Source: a bacterium (GTDB lineage: Bacteria > SM23-31). From it: 64,000 nt of DNA. The DNA is taken from positions 2,688,001-2,752,000 of the forward strand of contig OZ252239.1 in assembly GCA_965249485.1 (NCBI GenBank), written 5' to 3'. How positions within the stretch are numbered: position 1 is the first letter of the stretch; each line of letters begins with the position of its first letter. The translations under genes and the position numbers were made by a program. This document shows positions 50,965 to 61,434 of this stretch, one piece after another. Below the pieces are notes generated by a model. The model made no database searches, was not told the DNA's origin, and was given only the letters and a program-made list of their open reading frames with translations.

Positions 50965-52203
50965 TCAGTTCTCCTCTTCGTAATAAGAATTCATAACCTC
51001 AACAATTTTTTTAGCAGTTTTTTCACCTATACCAGGAATTTCCATAATTTTATCATACTTTATGTCAAGAATATCCTCGGCGGTTTCGTAACCACTACCA
51101 ATGAGTTTTTGCTTAATTTTGTCTGACAATCCCTCGACCATCATAATGTCGATGACTTCTTCGTCCTTCCCTTTCAGCTCCGATTCTTTGACAATTTCAA
51201 TTGCATAACCGGTTAGAATAGATGCAAGCCGCAGATTTTGCCCCCCCTTGCCGTACGCAAGAGCAATCTGATCTTCCTCGACAATCACTTTAGCTGTTTT
51301 CTGCCCTTCATCAATCTCGACATTTTTAGGTTTGCAGGGACTCAATGCTCTCGAAATAAATATTTTCGAATCACTGCTGTAACTGATAATATCAATTTTT
51401 TCGTTGTTAAGTTCTTTCACGATAGCCTGAATTCGAACACCTTTCATACCGACACATGCCCCAACCGGATCAATCCTTTTATCGGACGACTCTACTGCAA
51501 TTTTTGTCCGGTCGCCAGCCTCTCTTTCTACACCTTTGATCTCGATAATTCCATCATAGATTTCAGGGACTTCCAATTCAAAAAGATGTACAAGAAACCG
51601 TGTATCTTTTCGTGAGGCGACAATTTCAGGTCCCCGGGCAGTGCGCTCAACCGACTTAATAATTGCCCTAATACTATCACCGCGCCAGTACCGTTCATTA
51701 CTGATTTGTTCCGAACGGGGCAAAACAACTTCTGTCTTATCAAGACTGATAATGATTTCATTTTTGTTGATTTGCGTAATATCGCCAATTACAATCTCGC
51801 CAACACGGTTTTTGAATTCCTCAAAAATAACCTCTTTTTCCACATCTTTTATTCTCTGACTAAGATTCTGCTTTGCAGAAATGATTAATCGTCTTCCAAA
51901 GCTTGTTGGATCAACAATCTCAACATACTCGTCGCCAACATCAAAGTCCGGTTCAAATTTTCGAGCTTCTTCAAGAGAAATTTCGGTAATCGGATCTTCG
52001 ACATTATCGACAATTGATTTCTCTTGATATATTTCAATTTCGCCTTTTTCAATATTTACAATCACATCGAAATTATCAGAAGCCCCATACTTCTTCTTGA
52101 TCATCATCACAAGAATATTTTCCATGATTTCGCCAAGAAGATCACGGTCAACGTTTTTATCTCGTGCAATCTCTTTAAAGGCATCTACAATATCTTTATT
52201 CAT
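50965..52203 (-). CDS. nusA: Transcription termination/antitermination factor NusA
   Basis: FELEVPEI, DPVGACVGMKGVRI, GKGGQNLRLAS. Confidence 0.97.
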   Translation of the reverse strand: MNKDIVDAFKEIARDKNVDRDLLGEIMENILVMMIKKKYGASDNFDVIVNIEKGEIEIYQEKSIVDNVEDPITEISLEEARKFEPDFDVGDEYVEIVDPTSFGRRLIISAKQNLSQRIKDVEKEVIFEEFKNRVGEIVIGDITQINKNEIIISLDKTEVVLPRSEQISNERYWRGDSIRAIIKSVERTARGPEIVASRKDTRFLVHLFELEVPEIYDGIIEIKGVEREAGDRTKIAVESSDKRIDPVGACVGMKGVRIQAIVKELNNEKIDIISYSSDSKIFISRALSPCKPKNVEIDEGQKTAKVIVEEDQIALAYGKGGQNLRLASILTGYAIEIVKESELKGKDEEVIDIMMVEGLSDKIKQKLIGSGYETAEDILDIKYDKIMEIPGIGEKTAKKIVEVMNSYYEEEN

Positions 52204-52260
52204 AACCTTGCGGCTCCCCTTTGAAGAAAATCTTTCTCCACTCTACCAAGGCAAAATTAC

Positions 52261-52689
52261 TTAACCCTGCACAACCTTTTCAAATGGTATATTTTCGCTT
52301 TTATTATTCTTTTCTATTACGAGTATGTGCTCATCAACAGAAATCAGTTGCCCTTCTATAATCGCAGTACTGCTATCCTGTGTTAACATAACTTGCACTC
52401 TTCTTGCAATATTCCGTTTAAAATCGCGGGCAGTTTTCAATGGCCTATCAAGGCCTGGCGATGAAACTTCAAGCCGGTAATTCATATCCGCCGTATCGCG
52501 CTTTAAGAATTCGCCATTTATCAACCGTGCAACACGAGAACAGTCATCTACCGTGATACCGTCATCTTTATCAATAAATACTTTGAATAAAACTTGTTCG
52601 GAATGCTGTTCCTGAAGCACTTCGACCACCTCTATACCCTGTTCTTCAATTATAGGAACAATATCTTTAAAAATCGTATCGCTGAGCAT
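52261..52689 (-). CDS. rimP: Ribosome maturation factor RimP (true end possibly 52243)
   Basis: DDGITVDDC, YRLEVSSPGLDRPL; the frame continues past the TAA as VILPW*. Confidence 0.93.
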   Translation of the reverse strand: MLSDTIFKDIVPIIEEQGIEVVEVLQEQHSEQVLFKVFIDKDDGITVDDCSRVARLINGEFLKRDTADMNYRLEVSSPGLDRPLKTARDFKRNIARRVQVMLTQDSSTAIIEGQLISVDEHILVIEKNNKSENIPFEKVVQG

Positions 52690-52710
52690 AAACTTGTGCC
52701 TTCTTAACGC

Positions 52711-52735
52711 AAAAAGTGGGTAAAAAACCCACTTT
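52711..52735 (-). promoter_or_regulatory. rimP leader terminator-like hairpin
   Basis: Minus strand AAAGTGGGT-TTTTT-ACCCACTTT-TT just upstream of rimP; resembles the known rimP leader GUGGG/CCCAC hairpin. Confidence 0.7.
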
Positions 52736-52787
52736 AAGCACTAAATATATGCAATATTTTTTCGTTAAGCAACAAAAAAGTGTACAA

Positions 52788-54101
52788 TCATGCCACCTCC
52801 ATGCCAGCCTCACGAGCCTTATTCATATTCACAAACATAAGCATAATCATACCGACAACAAAAAACACAACAAGTGATACTATTGAATTCCGAAGCGAGC
52901 CGGTCATTTGGCCTATAAAAGCAAAAACAAATGGTCCCCAAATAGATGAAAACTTATTAAAAACAGAATAAAATCCAAAAAACTCTGCGGATGATTCTAC
53001 CGGTACAATCGAGCTGTAGAGCGATCGGCTTAGTGCCTGTGAGCCTCCCATTACAAAACCGATTGTAACTCCCAGAACCATATATTCATTAGCTGAAGTC
53101 ATAAAATATGCATAAATGACGATACACGACCACAGTACCAACGTAATCATCAGCGCATGTTTCGAGGAGATCCGTTCTCCCAACTTACCAAAAAGAAGGG
53201 CTCCGAAAAATGCAATGAATTGAATGATGAGAAGCGTAATCATGAGAACCGTTGGAGAAAGCTGTAATTCTTGTCTTCCGTATATTGTCCCCATATTAAT
53301 GACTGTCTGAATACCGTCATTATATATCATGTATGCAATTAAAAAAATTACTAAATTCCGATAACTTTTGACTTTTTTGACTGTTGATAACGCATGTGAT
53401 AAACCCAACCCAATATATTCAACATAACGGTTAATACCTGTATTTGCAAGGTTACCATCTTGAGAGTTTTTTCCCTCTTTTAAATAAAAAACAGTAAAAA
53501 GCGTAAAACCTGCCCACCACAACCCTGCAAACGAAAGCGCCAGCCTCGCCGCATGATCTTCAGATATTCCTAGAGATTCGTGTCCCACGATTAAACCAAG
53601 CGAACATGCAAATTGCAATCCACCACCAACATATCCATATGCATACCCCTTACCCGATACCCAGTCCAGTTCATCATTTTGTGCGATATGGGGCAGAAAA
53701 GCATCATAAAAGACATTTGCAGAGACAAAACCGAATTGAGCTACAACAAAAAATATCATAGTCTGCCATACTTCGCCCGAACCACAGAAATATAACAATA
53801 TTGCGAATAGACTTCCGCCATAGCAAAAAGTCAGCAAGAACTTCTTTTTTGAAGCTGAATAGTCTGCGATTGCTCCGAGAATCGGCGATAGAAGAAATAC
53901 GAGCAATGCAACGAAACTCAGCATGTACCCCCAGAGTGCTGCGGCAGAAAAAACTGTACCACCGATTACAAAGCCTTCCGGAGGGACAACTACATCCGAA
54001 AAATATATTGGCAGTATAGCAACTCCAACCGTTGTGACAAATGCCGAACTTGCCCAATCGTACATTGCCCAACCAAATATTTGCTTTTTATCGCTAACCA
54101 T
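52788..54101 (-). CDS. MFS transporter (UMF1/Atg22-like)
   Basis: GWAMYDWASSAF, YNDGIQTV, GGSQALSRS; ~12 TM helices. Confidence 0.9.
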   Translation of the reverse strand: MVSDKKQIFGWAMYDWASSAFVTTVGVAILPIYFSDVVVPPEGFVIGGTVFSAAALWGYMLSFVALLVFLLSPILGAIADYSASKKKFLLTFCYGGSLFAILLYFCGSGEVWQTMIFFVVAQFGFVSANVFYDAFLPHIAQNDELDWVSGKGYAYGYVGGGLQFACSLGLIVGHESLGISEDHAARLALSFAGLWWAGFTLFTVFYLKEGKNSQDGNLANTGINRYVEYIGLGLSHALSTVKKVKSYRNLVIFLIAYMIYNDGIQTVINMGTIYGRQELQLSPTVLMITLLIIQFIAFFGALLFGKLGERISSKHALMITLVLWSCIVIYAYFMTSANEYMVLGVTIGFVMGGSQALSRSLYSSIVPVESSAEFFGFYSVFNKFSSIWGPFVFAFIGQMTGSLRNSIVSLVVFFVVGMIMLMFVNMNKAREAGMEVA

Positions 54102-54126
54102 ACGTGGAATTTTCTACTTCATTGAA

Positions 54127-55965
54127 TTAATGTGCATTCAAATGGTTATGAATCATTTGTGCTAAATCAAAATTTATGCTCTTTACATTTACTATTGTCT
54201 CTGGTTCAGCCTCACGAAGTCTTGCAATTGAGCCAAAATATTGAAGCAGAGCATTTCTTCGTTCTACACCGATACCTGGAATTTTGTCGAGTTCAGAGGT
54301 TATCGTTCTCTTTTTACGCTGCTTACGGTGATGTGTAATAGCAAATCTATGCGCTTCATCCCTTACTCTCTGTAACAATCTAAGTCCTGCAGAAGTCCGT
54401 GGAACATTCTGTGCTTCTGATACACCCGGTATAAAGACTTCGTCCAAACGCTTCGCCAGTCCGACAATTGGTATATACATCAGATCAAGATTCCGAAGCA
54501 CTTCAACAGCGGAAGACAATTGCCCTTTACCGCCATCGATTAGTATTAAATCTGGAAGCTGACCATTTTCTGATATCTGCCGCGAATATCTTCTTTTAAC
54601 AGCTTCAGCTATCATTTTAAAATCGTCCGGTGTATCTTTGGACCGAATTTTAAAAATACGATACTCTTTTTTTTGAGGCACACCATTTGAAAAAGAGACC
54701 ATAGATGCAACAGCATCTTTACCTTGTATATTAGAAATATCGAATGCCTCTATTATCTTAGGAGGATGTGAAAGCTTCAAATTCTCCTGAAGCGTCTTAA
54801 CGGAATAAGCAAGAAAATCCTTTTTCTGTCTTTGCTGGAGAATAAGTTCTTGCACAAGTAGCTCAGCATTTTTTATGCACATCCCAGTTAATTTCGCTTT
54901 ATCACCTTTTTGTGGAATAATTATTTTAACAGTGCTGCCCCGCTCACCAGACATCCAATCTGTTATGAATCCCCTGTCTTCTACTTCGTGTGAAACGAAA
55001 ATCTCCGGGGGAATATAGTCAATATTCAAATAAAACTGCATCATGAAACTTTTGAGAATTTCTGCATGTGATTTACTCCCCACACCATCAAGCGCGTGAT
55101 GTCGCCGTCCAAGTATTTTCCCCTCCCGTTCCATAAAAACAACTCCGCATGCAACATCCTCTTCTACGGCAACAGCAACTATATCCCTATCAACAGGTTT
55201 TATATCTACCACTTTCTGCTTAGAGTTAAAATTATCGATTTCGCGTAGTCTGTCTCTGAACAATGCTGCATTTTCATAATGCTGATCTTCTGCAGATTCA
55301 TTCATTTTTTCTTTTAGCAAGGCTACCAGATTTTTTGTGTGACCACGAAAAAACTCTCTCACTTGATCTACCATTTCATTATAGTCTTCTTTCGAAACGA
55401 GTTCTTCGCACGGACCACCACACCTCTTAATGTGATAATCAAGACAGAGTTTCACCTTCCGCTTCTGAATTGTATCCGGTGTCAGTTTAAATTTGCAGCT
55501 CCTAATTTGGAAAATTTTACCCATCGTCCAGAGTAGCGATCTCATTACCTTAATTTCTGTATATGGCCCAAAATAGGTACTACCATCATTCATTTTTTTT
55601 CGGGTAACATATACTTGGGGGAAATCCTCATTGGTGATTTTGATATACGGATAACTTTTATCATCTTTTAAATTAACATTGTAGCGCGGACGATACAGAT
55701 TAACGAGATTCGCCTCAAGTATGAGCGCTTCTTTTTCTGTATCTGTAATTATTATTTCAAGATCTTTGATTTTCTTTGTGAGTAGATGTGTTTTAATATA
55801 CTGCGGCATTGAATTCTGAAAGTAAGTGCGTACCCGATTGCGCAGAATCTTTGCTTTTCCGATATAGAGAATAGTACCCGAGCTATCTTTTAAAAGATAA
55901 ACGCCTGGCTTTTTGGGAAGAGAATCTAATTTACCCTTAATGTGCTTAAATGATTCGTTTTTCAT
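54127..55965 (-). CDS. uvrC: Excinuclease ABC subunit C
   Basis: GIY-YIG PGVY...YIGKAK, LKDDKSYPY, EAFDISN, PDLILIDGGKGQL, RDEAHRFA, HhH. Confidence 0.97.
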   Translation of the reverse strand: MKNESFKHIKGKLDSLPKKPGVYLLKDSSGTILYIGKAKILRNRVRTYFQNSMPQYIKTHLLTKKIKDLEIIITDTEKEALILEANLVNLYRPRYNVNLKDDKSYPYIKITNEDFPQVYVTRKKMNDGSTYFGPYTEIKVMRSLLWTMGKIFQIRSCKFKLTPDTIQKRKVKLCLDYHIKRCGGPCEELVSKEDYNEMVDQVREFFRGHTKNLVALLKEKMNESAEDQHYENAALFRDRLREIDNFNSKQKVVDIKPVDRDIVAVAVEEDVACGVVFMEREGKILGRRHHALDGVGSKSHAEILKSFMMQFYLNIDYIPPEIFVSHEVEDRGFITDWMSGERGSTVKIIIPQKGDKAKLTGMCIKNAELLVQELILQQRQKKDFLAYSVKTLQENLKLSHPPKIIEAFDISNIQGKDAVASMVSFSNGVPQKKEYRIFKIRSKDTPDDFKMIAEAVKRRYSRQISENGQLPDLILIDGGKGQLSSAVEVLRNLDLMYIPIVGLAKRLDEVFIPGVSEAQNVPRTSAGLRLLQRVRDEAHRFAITHHRKQRKKRTITSELDKIPGIGVERRNALLQYFGSIARLREAEPETIVNVKSINFDLAQMIHNHLNAH

Positions 55966-55981
55966 AGAGATTGTGAAGCTT

Positions 55982-56761
55982 CTACGGGGATTTAAATTCT
56001 CTAAGAAGGTAATTATTGAGCTTATCGTAATCCATGTCCGAAACTAGTTTGCCGTCTTTTGCTACCGATATCTTCCCGGTTTCTTCAGATACAATAATGA
56101 CTAAAGCATCAGATTCTTCTGTTATACCAATGCCAGCTCTGTGTCGTGTACCATGCTTCTTATCAAGATGAGGATTTTGTGAAAGAGGAAGCAGGCATTT
56201 TGCAGCCTCGATTCTGTCCTGGTTTATGATAACTGCGCCGTCATGTAATAATGATCGAGGCGAAAAAAGGGAAACCAGAAGTGCATCGCTGACGTGCGCC
56301 TGGATCTGTACACCAGACTCCACAATTGCTTTGAGTCCTGTATCTCTGATTAGGACAATTAGAGCACCATACCGACGTTGGGAGCATTCTTCTGCGGCAC
56401 GGGCAATCGTATGTAACAGCGGTGTCTGCTCAAGATTAAGAAAAGCTCTGACAAGTTTGCTCTGACCGACGACCGTCAATAACCTGCGGAGCTCAGGCTG
56501 GAATAGAATAACAAATGCAATAACCCACACTGTCTGTATATTCTGAATTATCCATGACATACCGCTCATATTGAGCCCCTGAACAATAAAAGAGGCAATG
56601 AGAATCACAATAAGTCCTGCGATCATTTGGCTTCCGCGAGTACCGCTCATGATCTGATACAATTTATAAAAAATATAAGAAACAAGCAGAATATCGAGGA
56701 CATCAATAATAGATACACTCAGGAAGAAAATCTTGAATAGTTCAAATCTCAGAAACTCCAT
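55982..56761 (-). CDS. cdaA: Membrane-bound diadenylate cyclase CdaA/DacA
   Basis: Three N-terminal TM helices, FQPELRR, LHDGA, GTRHRA, VSEETG. Confidence 0.95.
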   Translation of the reverse strand: MEFLRFELFKIFFLSVSIIDVLDILLVSYIFYKLYQIMSGTRGSQMIAGLIVILIASFIVQGLNMSGMSWIIQNIQTVWVIAFVILFQPELRRLLTVVGQSKLVRAFLNLEQTPLLHTIARAAEECSQRRYGALIVLIRDTGLKAIVESGVQIQAHVSDALLVSLFSPRSLLHDGAVIINQDRIEAAKCLLPLSQNPHLDKKHGTRHRAGIGITEESDALVIIVSEETGKISVAKDGKLVSDMDYDKLNNYLLREFKSP

Positions 56762-56775
56762 AATTGATCCTCACC

Positions 56776-57672
56776 TTACTCGGTTACATCTAGGGATTGC
56801 TCCGCCAAGATTGCGTCTGTTACCAATGATACGCGCTGCATTTCGGATACATCATGGACTCTAACCATATGAGCTCCATGAGCGATAGAAAGCGCTACTG
56901 CCGCTGCAGTCCCCTCAAGTCTTTCATTAACAGGCAGGTCTAACAATCTTCCAATAAATGATTTACGAGACGGGCCAATAAGGATTGGCCTATCTAGCTT
57001 TGCAAAGACTTGAAGATTGTTTAGAATGGTCAAATTGTGTTCTACTGTCTTACCGAAACCAATTCCCGGATCCAACATAATACAATCACGACTTATTCCC
57101 GCTTTCACAAGCGAAGTCATACGTTCTTTAAAATAGGTTAGAATATCCTCTATGACGTCTTGATACACAGGATTTAATTGCATGTCTTTTGGAGTTCCGG
57201 CTATATGCATTACTATCACAGGAACTTTGTTTTCTGCTGCAAAAACCGGCATTCCTTTATCGTATTGCAATCCGCTAATGTCATTAATTATATCTGCTCC
57301 CGAATCAATCGCTTCACGTGCAACAGCGGTCTTATAGGTATCGATCGAAATCCAGACATCTGTTTTTTTACGAAGTGCTTTAATGACTGGTACAACTCTG
57401 CTCATTTCTTCTTCCACAGATACAGGATCGGCTCCGGGCCGTGTCGATTCACCGCCTATGTCGATGACAGACGCCCCATGCTCAACCATTTCAAGGCATT
57501 CTTGCAAAGATTTTATTGTTGTGTTATATGCACCGCCATCGGAAAATGAATCCGGAGTGCAATTTATCACTCCCATTATATGGGTTTGATTGCCAAGTTC
57601 AAGTGTTTTTGTACCGCTCTTGAGCCTATATGTTTTTCTTACCATACTACTATTATCAATTACTTCCGTCAT
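56776..57672 (-). CDS. folP: Dihydropteroate synthase
   Basis: MGVINCTPDSFSDGG, DIGGESTRPG, DPGIGFGK, SRKSFIG, RVHDV. Confidence 0.97.
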   Translation of the reverse strand: MTEVIDNSSMVRKTYRLKSGTKTLELGNQTHIMGVINCTPDSFSDGGAYNTTIKSLQECLEMVEHGASVIDIGGESTRPGADPVSVEEEMSRVVPVIKALRKKTDVWISIDTYKTAVAREAIDSGADIINDISGLQYDKGMPVFAAENKVPVIVMHIAGTPKDMQLNPVYQDVIEDILTYFKERMTSLVKAGISRDCIMLDPGIGFGKTVEHNLTILNNLQVFAKLDRPILIGPSRKSFIGRLLDLPVNERLEGTAAAVALSIAHGAHMVRVHDVSEMQRVSLVTDAILAEQSLDVTE

Positions 57673-57682
57673 ATTTAATTAT

Positions 57683-57713
57683 AAAAATGCCGGCCCTGAT
57701 TCCGAGCCGGCAT
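57683..57713 (-). terminator. Putative terminator/attenuator between ftsH and folP
   Basis: ATGCCGGC...GCCGGCAT inverted repeat followed by a short T-run on the minus strand. Confidence 0.55.
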
Positions 57714-57782
57714 ACTCTATGATTTGAAGATTCCAATTATGGACTATCTCATTCACTATATCTATCAATTTTTATACGGCGA

Positions 57783-59897
57783 TCAACTTGATTCCACAGA
57801 TTGTTTGGGACCCGGATCAGATGTTTTCTTCTTCCTGGTATATGTCCGGCGGTCTTTTTTATGTGCCGCAGATTTGAAATCATCATCCTTGTCTTTCGCC
57901 GGAGCTTGTTTTTTCCGCGATCTGGATTTAGGTTTAATGGATTTACCATTTACCACCGCTTTGATTTGATTACTATCAAGGATTTCATGATTCAACAATT
58001 CATCTGCCAATTTATGTAAAATATCGATGTTCTTTTTTAGCAGCTTTACTGCATAAACTTCTGCCGTCGTTACGATAGTTTTAATTTCTTCGTCTATAAT
58101 ATGTGCTGTTTGATCACTATAATTTTTCTGTGAACCAAAATCACGACCTAGGAACACTTCTTCGTCTTTCTTGCCAAAGGTCAACGGTCCAAGTCTCTCA
58201 CTCATACCCCATTCACATACCATTTTCCTTGAAAGAGCAGTCGCTTGCTCAATATCGTTACCGGCTCCTGTTGTAAGCGTGTTGAATACAATCCGTTCTG
58301 CTGCCCGCCCACCCATCATTTTGACCAACAATGCCTCACAATAATTCTTTGAATAAGTATGTCGTTCATCAATCGGCAGCGACGTGGTGACACCAAGCGC
58401 TCTTCCTCGTGGAATTATCGTCACTTTGTGTATCGGATCGCTTCCCGGAGTGAACATTGCCGTAAGCACGTGGCCTGCCTCATGATATGCAGTACTTTTT
58501 TTCTCTTCCTCACTGATCAGAAGCGTTTTTCTTTCTGCGCCCATCATAACTTTGTCTTTTGCCTGCTCGAAATCCTCCATCGTTAAACTTTTATTATTAT
58601 TCCGCGCAGCAAGAAGTGCAGCTTCATTCACAATATTGGCAAGATCGGCACCAGAGAGCCCCGGTGTCCCTTTGGCAAGAATATCCAGTTTAACTTTTGA
58701 ATCTAAGGGTGTTTTCTTTGTATGAACTTTCAATATTCCTTCTCTTCCAAGAAGATCGGGTCTGTCAACAATAATTTGCCTGTCAAACCGACCCGGTCTC
58801 ATCAACGCTGTATCGAGTACATCAGGCCTGTTTGTGGCTGCGATGAGAATGACACCCTCATTATCTTCGAACCCGTCCATTTCCACTAAAAGCTGATTCA
58901 GTGTCTGTTCCCGTTCATCATGACCGCCTCCCAATCCGGCACCACGGGAGCGTCCAACTGCATCAATTTCATCAATAAAAATGATACACGGTGCGTTCTT
59001 TTTACCCTGTTCGAACAAGTCACGTACTCGTGACGCACCGACACCGACAAACATTTCAACAAAGTCTGCACCACTTATGCTGAAAAAAGGAACTCCCGCT
59101 TCTCCTGCTACTGCCCGTGCAAGCAAGGTTTTACCTGTGCCCGGAGGACCAACAAGTAGTGCTCCTTTCGGTATTTTCCCGCCAAGTTTCTGGAATCTTT
59201 CGGGTAATTTGAGAAATTCAATTATCTCTTGCAACTCAACTTTCGCTTCGTCGGCACCTGCAACATCATCAAAAGTAATTTTCGGTTTATTCTCAATCAA
59301 TAGTTTAGCTTTACTTTTTCCAAATGAGAAAATGCCACGTGCTCCCCCCCCTTGCATTCTCCTGAAAAAATATACCCAAATGAGAATAATTATAATCCAC
59401 GGTAAGGTCTGCATCATTATCATTGACCACTCAATCTCCTTCTGGCCAAATGTATACCGAACGTTGTTTTCTCTCCACTCATCTTCCATTGCAGGATAGA
59501 AAGGCGGAAGAATCACTTTGAAATTCTTAGCCATCACTGTGGTCCCGTTATCCAATACAACAGGTTCTTCATTGAATAATTCCCCATGAAACTCCCGTTC
59601 GACTATCTCTGCCGATTCAATTTTTCCGTTTTCAAGAAACTCTCTATAAGGATCATATTTAATTTCCTGCTCACCTTCCAATTGAAGTGAATTCATAAGC
59701 TGGTAGAAAAACAACATCCCAACTATGAACAGGAGCCACACAACCGCTGTCCGGCCTCCTCGCTGCCACTGAGTGTCAGAATTCTTACCTGAATTCCCTC
59801 GTCCTTTACGACCGTTACGTTTTTCTTTAAACTTTATCGATCCCTTACGCGGATCTTGTTTATCTTGATTATTCTTATTTGTTTTCTTATCAGACAT
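57783..59897 (-). CDS. ftsH: ATP-dependent zinc metalloprotease FtsH
   Basis: Two TM helices, [32 protein letters not shown]. Confidence 0.98.
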   Translation of the reverse strand: MSDKKTNKNNQDKQDPRKGSIKFKEKRNGRKGRGNSGKNSDTQWQRGGRTAVVWLLFIVGMLFFYQLMNSLQLEGEQEIKYDPYREFLENGKIESAEIVEREFHGELFNEEPVVLDNGTTVMAKNFKVILPPFYPAMEDEWRENNVRYTFGQKEIEWSMIMMQTLPWIIIILIWVYFFRRMQGGGARGIFSFGKSKAKLLIENKPKITFDDVAGADEAKVELQEIIEFLKLPERFQKLGGKIPKGALLVGPPGTGKTLLARAVAGEAGVPFFSISGADFVEMFVGVGASRVRDLFEQGKKNAPCIIFIDEIDAVGRSRGAGLGGGHDEREQTLNQLLVEMDGFEDNEGVILIAATNRPDVLDTALMRPGRFDRQIIVDRPDLLGREGILKVHTKKTPLDSKVKLDILAKGTPGLSGADLANIVNEAALLAARNNNKSLTMEDFEQAKDKVMMGAERKTLLISEEEKKSTAYHEAGHVLTAMFTPGSDPIHKVTIIPRGRALGVTTSLPIDERHTYSKNYCEALLVKMMGGRAAERIVFNTLTTGAGNDIEQATALSRKMVCEWGMSERLGPLTFGKKDEEVFLGRDFGSQKNYSDQTAHIIDEEIKTIVTTAEVYAVKLLKKNIDILHKLADELLNHEILDSNQIKAVVNGKSIKPKSRSRKKQAPAKDKDDDFKSAAHKKDRRTYTRKKKTSDPGPKQSVESS

Positions 59898-59937
59898 GTA
59901 AAATCATTTTCCTTCCACAACGACACCACTAGTTCGA

Positions 59938-61350
59938 CTATGAAACATAAAGGTGAAGTCCAATTATATCTTGTGTTTTCGAAGTAATTTTCACTCTATC
60001 ATCTATCCGCAATCCACAGACCCATATTATTTTTTCACGGTCTGTCAATACCGGATATTTGTTTTTTAAATGTAACGGAATTTTTAAATCTACAAAAAAA
60101 TCACTGAGCTTTTTTGTGCCATTCATCCCCAATGGACAGAATGCATCACCGGCCTGCCAAGTTCTCAATCGTAACGGCTCATTAATCTTATTACGATCAA
60201 CGAGCTCATTCCATTCATTTTTTTCATTCCGGACTGTTGAATAGTCAATATCTTTACATGATACATCAATAATTTCAGATTGAAAAATATGACCTTCCCA
60301 AGGAAGTTCGTACTTCAATCCGTATTCAATGGGAAAATCAAACGAAGCTACTGATAAGTTACTAAGTACAAGTGAAGTTTTATTTACTGTCAGAATAATC
60401 TCATTATTCAGATTGAGACTATTTTTCCTCCCTGCATCATATATAAATTCGACAACAGTTTTAGCATGTTTTTCATTAACTGAATCATTATAACAACCTA
60501 GCCTGTCAAAACATTCCTGTATAACAAGCTGTTGTATCAAAGAAAAGTAATTTTTGAAAGAAGCAATATCAAGAATAATTTTGTCTTTTTCCTCAGAAAC
60601 CAATACTGCTGTGTACGATTCCTTCTTTAGCACATCCGCCAACTCTGATATCTGCTGAAATTTTTGTCCGTGTTTTTCGAGTACAAGATCTATATTATGA
60701 GGAAGTTGTTCTCGTAAATATGGCAGAATATTCAACCGGATTTTATTTCTCAGATAATCCTCTTTATCGTTTGAAGAATCGGCAAAATAGTTTATTTTGT
60801 TATTTTGCACATATGCTTCCAGATCAGACCGAGTTACCCATAACAAAGGCCGTATATACTTGTCTCGTTTTATGGGTATTCCCCGCAAACTGGTAAGGCT
60901 CCCTCCTTGAAAAAATCGCATAAGAACTGTCTCAGTCTGATCGTCACTGTGGTGAGCTGTGGCTATTTTTGATATATTGTAACATTCTGCAATTTTTTCA
61001 AAGAACATGTAGCGCAATTTTCTCGCTGCTTCCTGAATAGATATTTTATGCTCTTTTGCACATTGATTCACATCCCCCGTTCCGATTTCAAGCTGCAATC
61101 CATATGTGTCGCATACTTCTTGAACGAATTTTGCTTCCTGATTCGATTCATCACCTCTTAAATTATGGTTAAAATAGCCAACTATAAGCGATAGATGCAT
61201 AGATTCCATTACTGTGTTTAGTACATGAAGCAATGCTGAGGAATCCAATCCGCCAGAATAGGCAACTAACACCTTATCATTTTCGAATAGTAATCCATGG
61301 TTGCTCACATAATCAAGGAATCTATTCTTTAATATGTTTCTTGTTCTCAT
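59938..61350 (-). CDS. tilS: tRNA(Ile)-lysidine synthetase
   Basis: AYSGGLDS, NHNLRG, ARKLRY, TAHHSDDQTET, RNKIR, C-terminal KKLSDFFVDLKIP. Confidence 0.95.
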   Translation of the reverse strand: MRTRNILKNRFLDYVSNHGLLFENDKVLVAYSGGLDSSALLHVLNTVMESMHLSLIVGYFNHNLRGDESNQEAKFVQEVCDTYGLQLEIGTGDVNQCAKEHKISIQEAARKLRYMFFEKIAECYNISKIATAHHSDDQTETVLMRFFQGGSLTSLRGIPIKRDKYIRPLLWVTRSDLEAYVQNNKINYFADSSNDKEDYLRNKIRLNILPYLREQLPHNIDLVLEKHGQKFQQISELADVLKKESYTAVLVSEEKDKIILDIASFKNYFSLIQQLVIQECFDRLGCYNDSVNEKHAKTVVEFIYDAGRKNSLNLNNEIILTVNKTSLVLSNLSVASFDFPIEYGLKYELPWEGHIFQSEIIDVSCKDIDYSTVRNEKNEWNELVDRNKINEPLRLRTWQAGDAFCPLGMNGTKKLSDFFVDLKIPLHLKNKYPVLTDREKIIWVCGLRIDDRVKITSKTQDIIGLHLYVS

Positions 61351-61434
61351 TATTTGCAAGACACTGTAATTTACTTAATAAAATATACGAAATTTCATAG
61401 TCAAATCAAACAAGAGCTTTGTAAGCCCGTTCTG

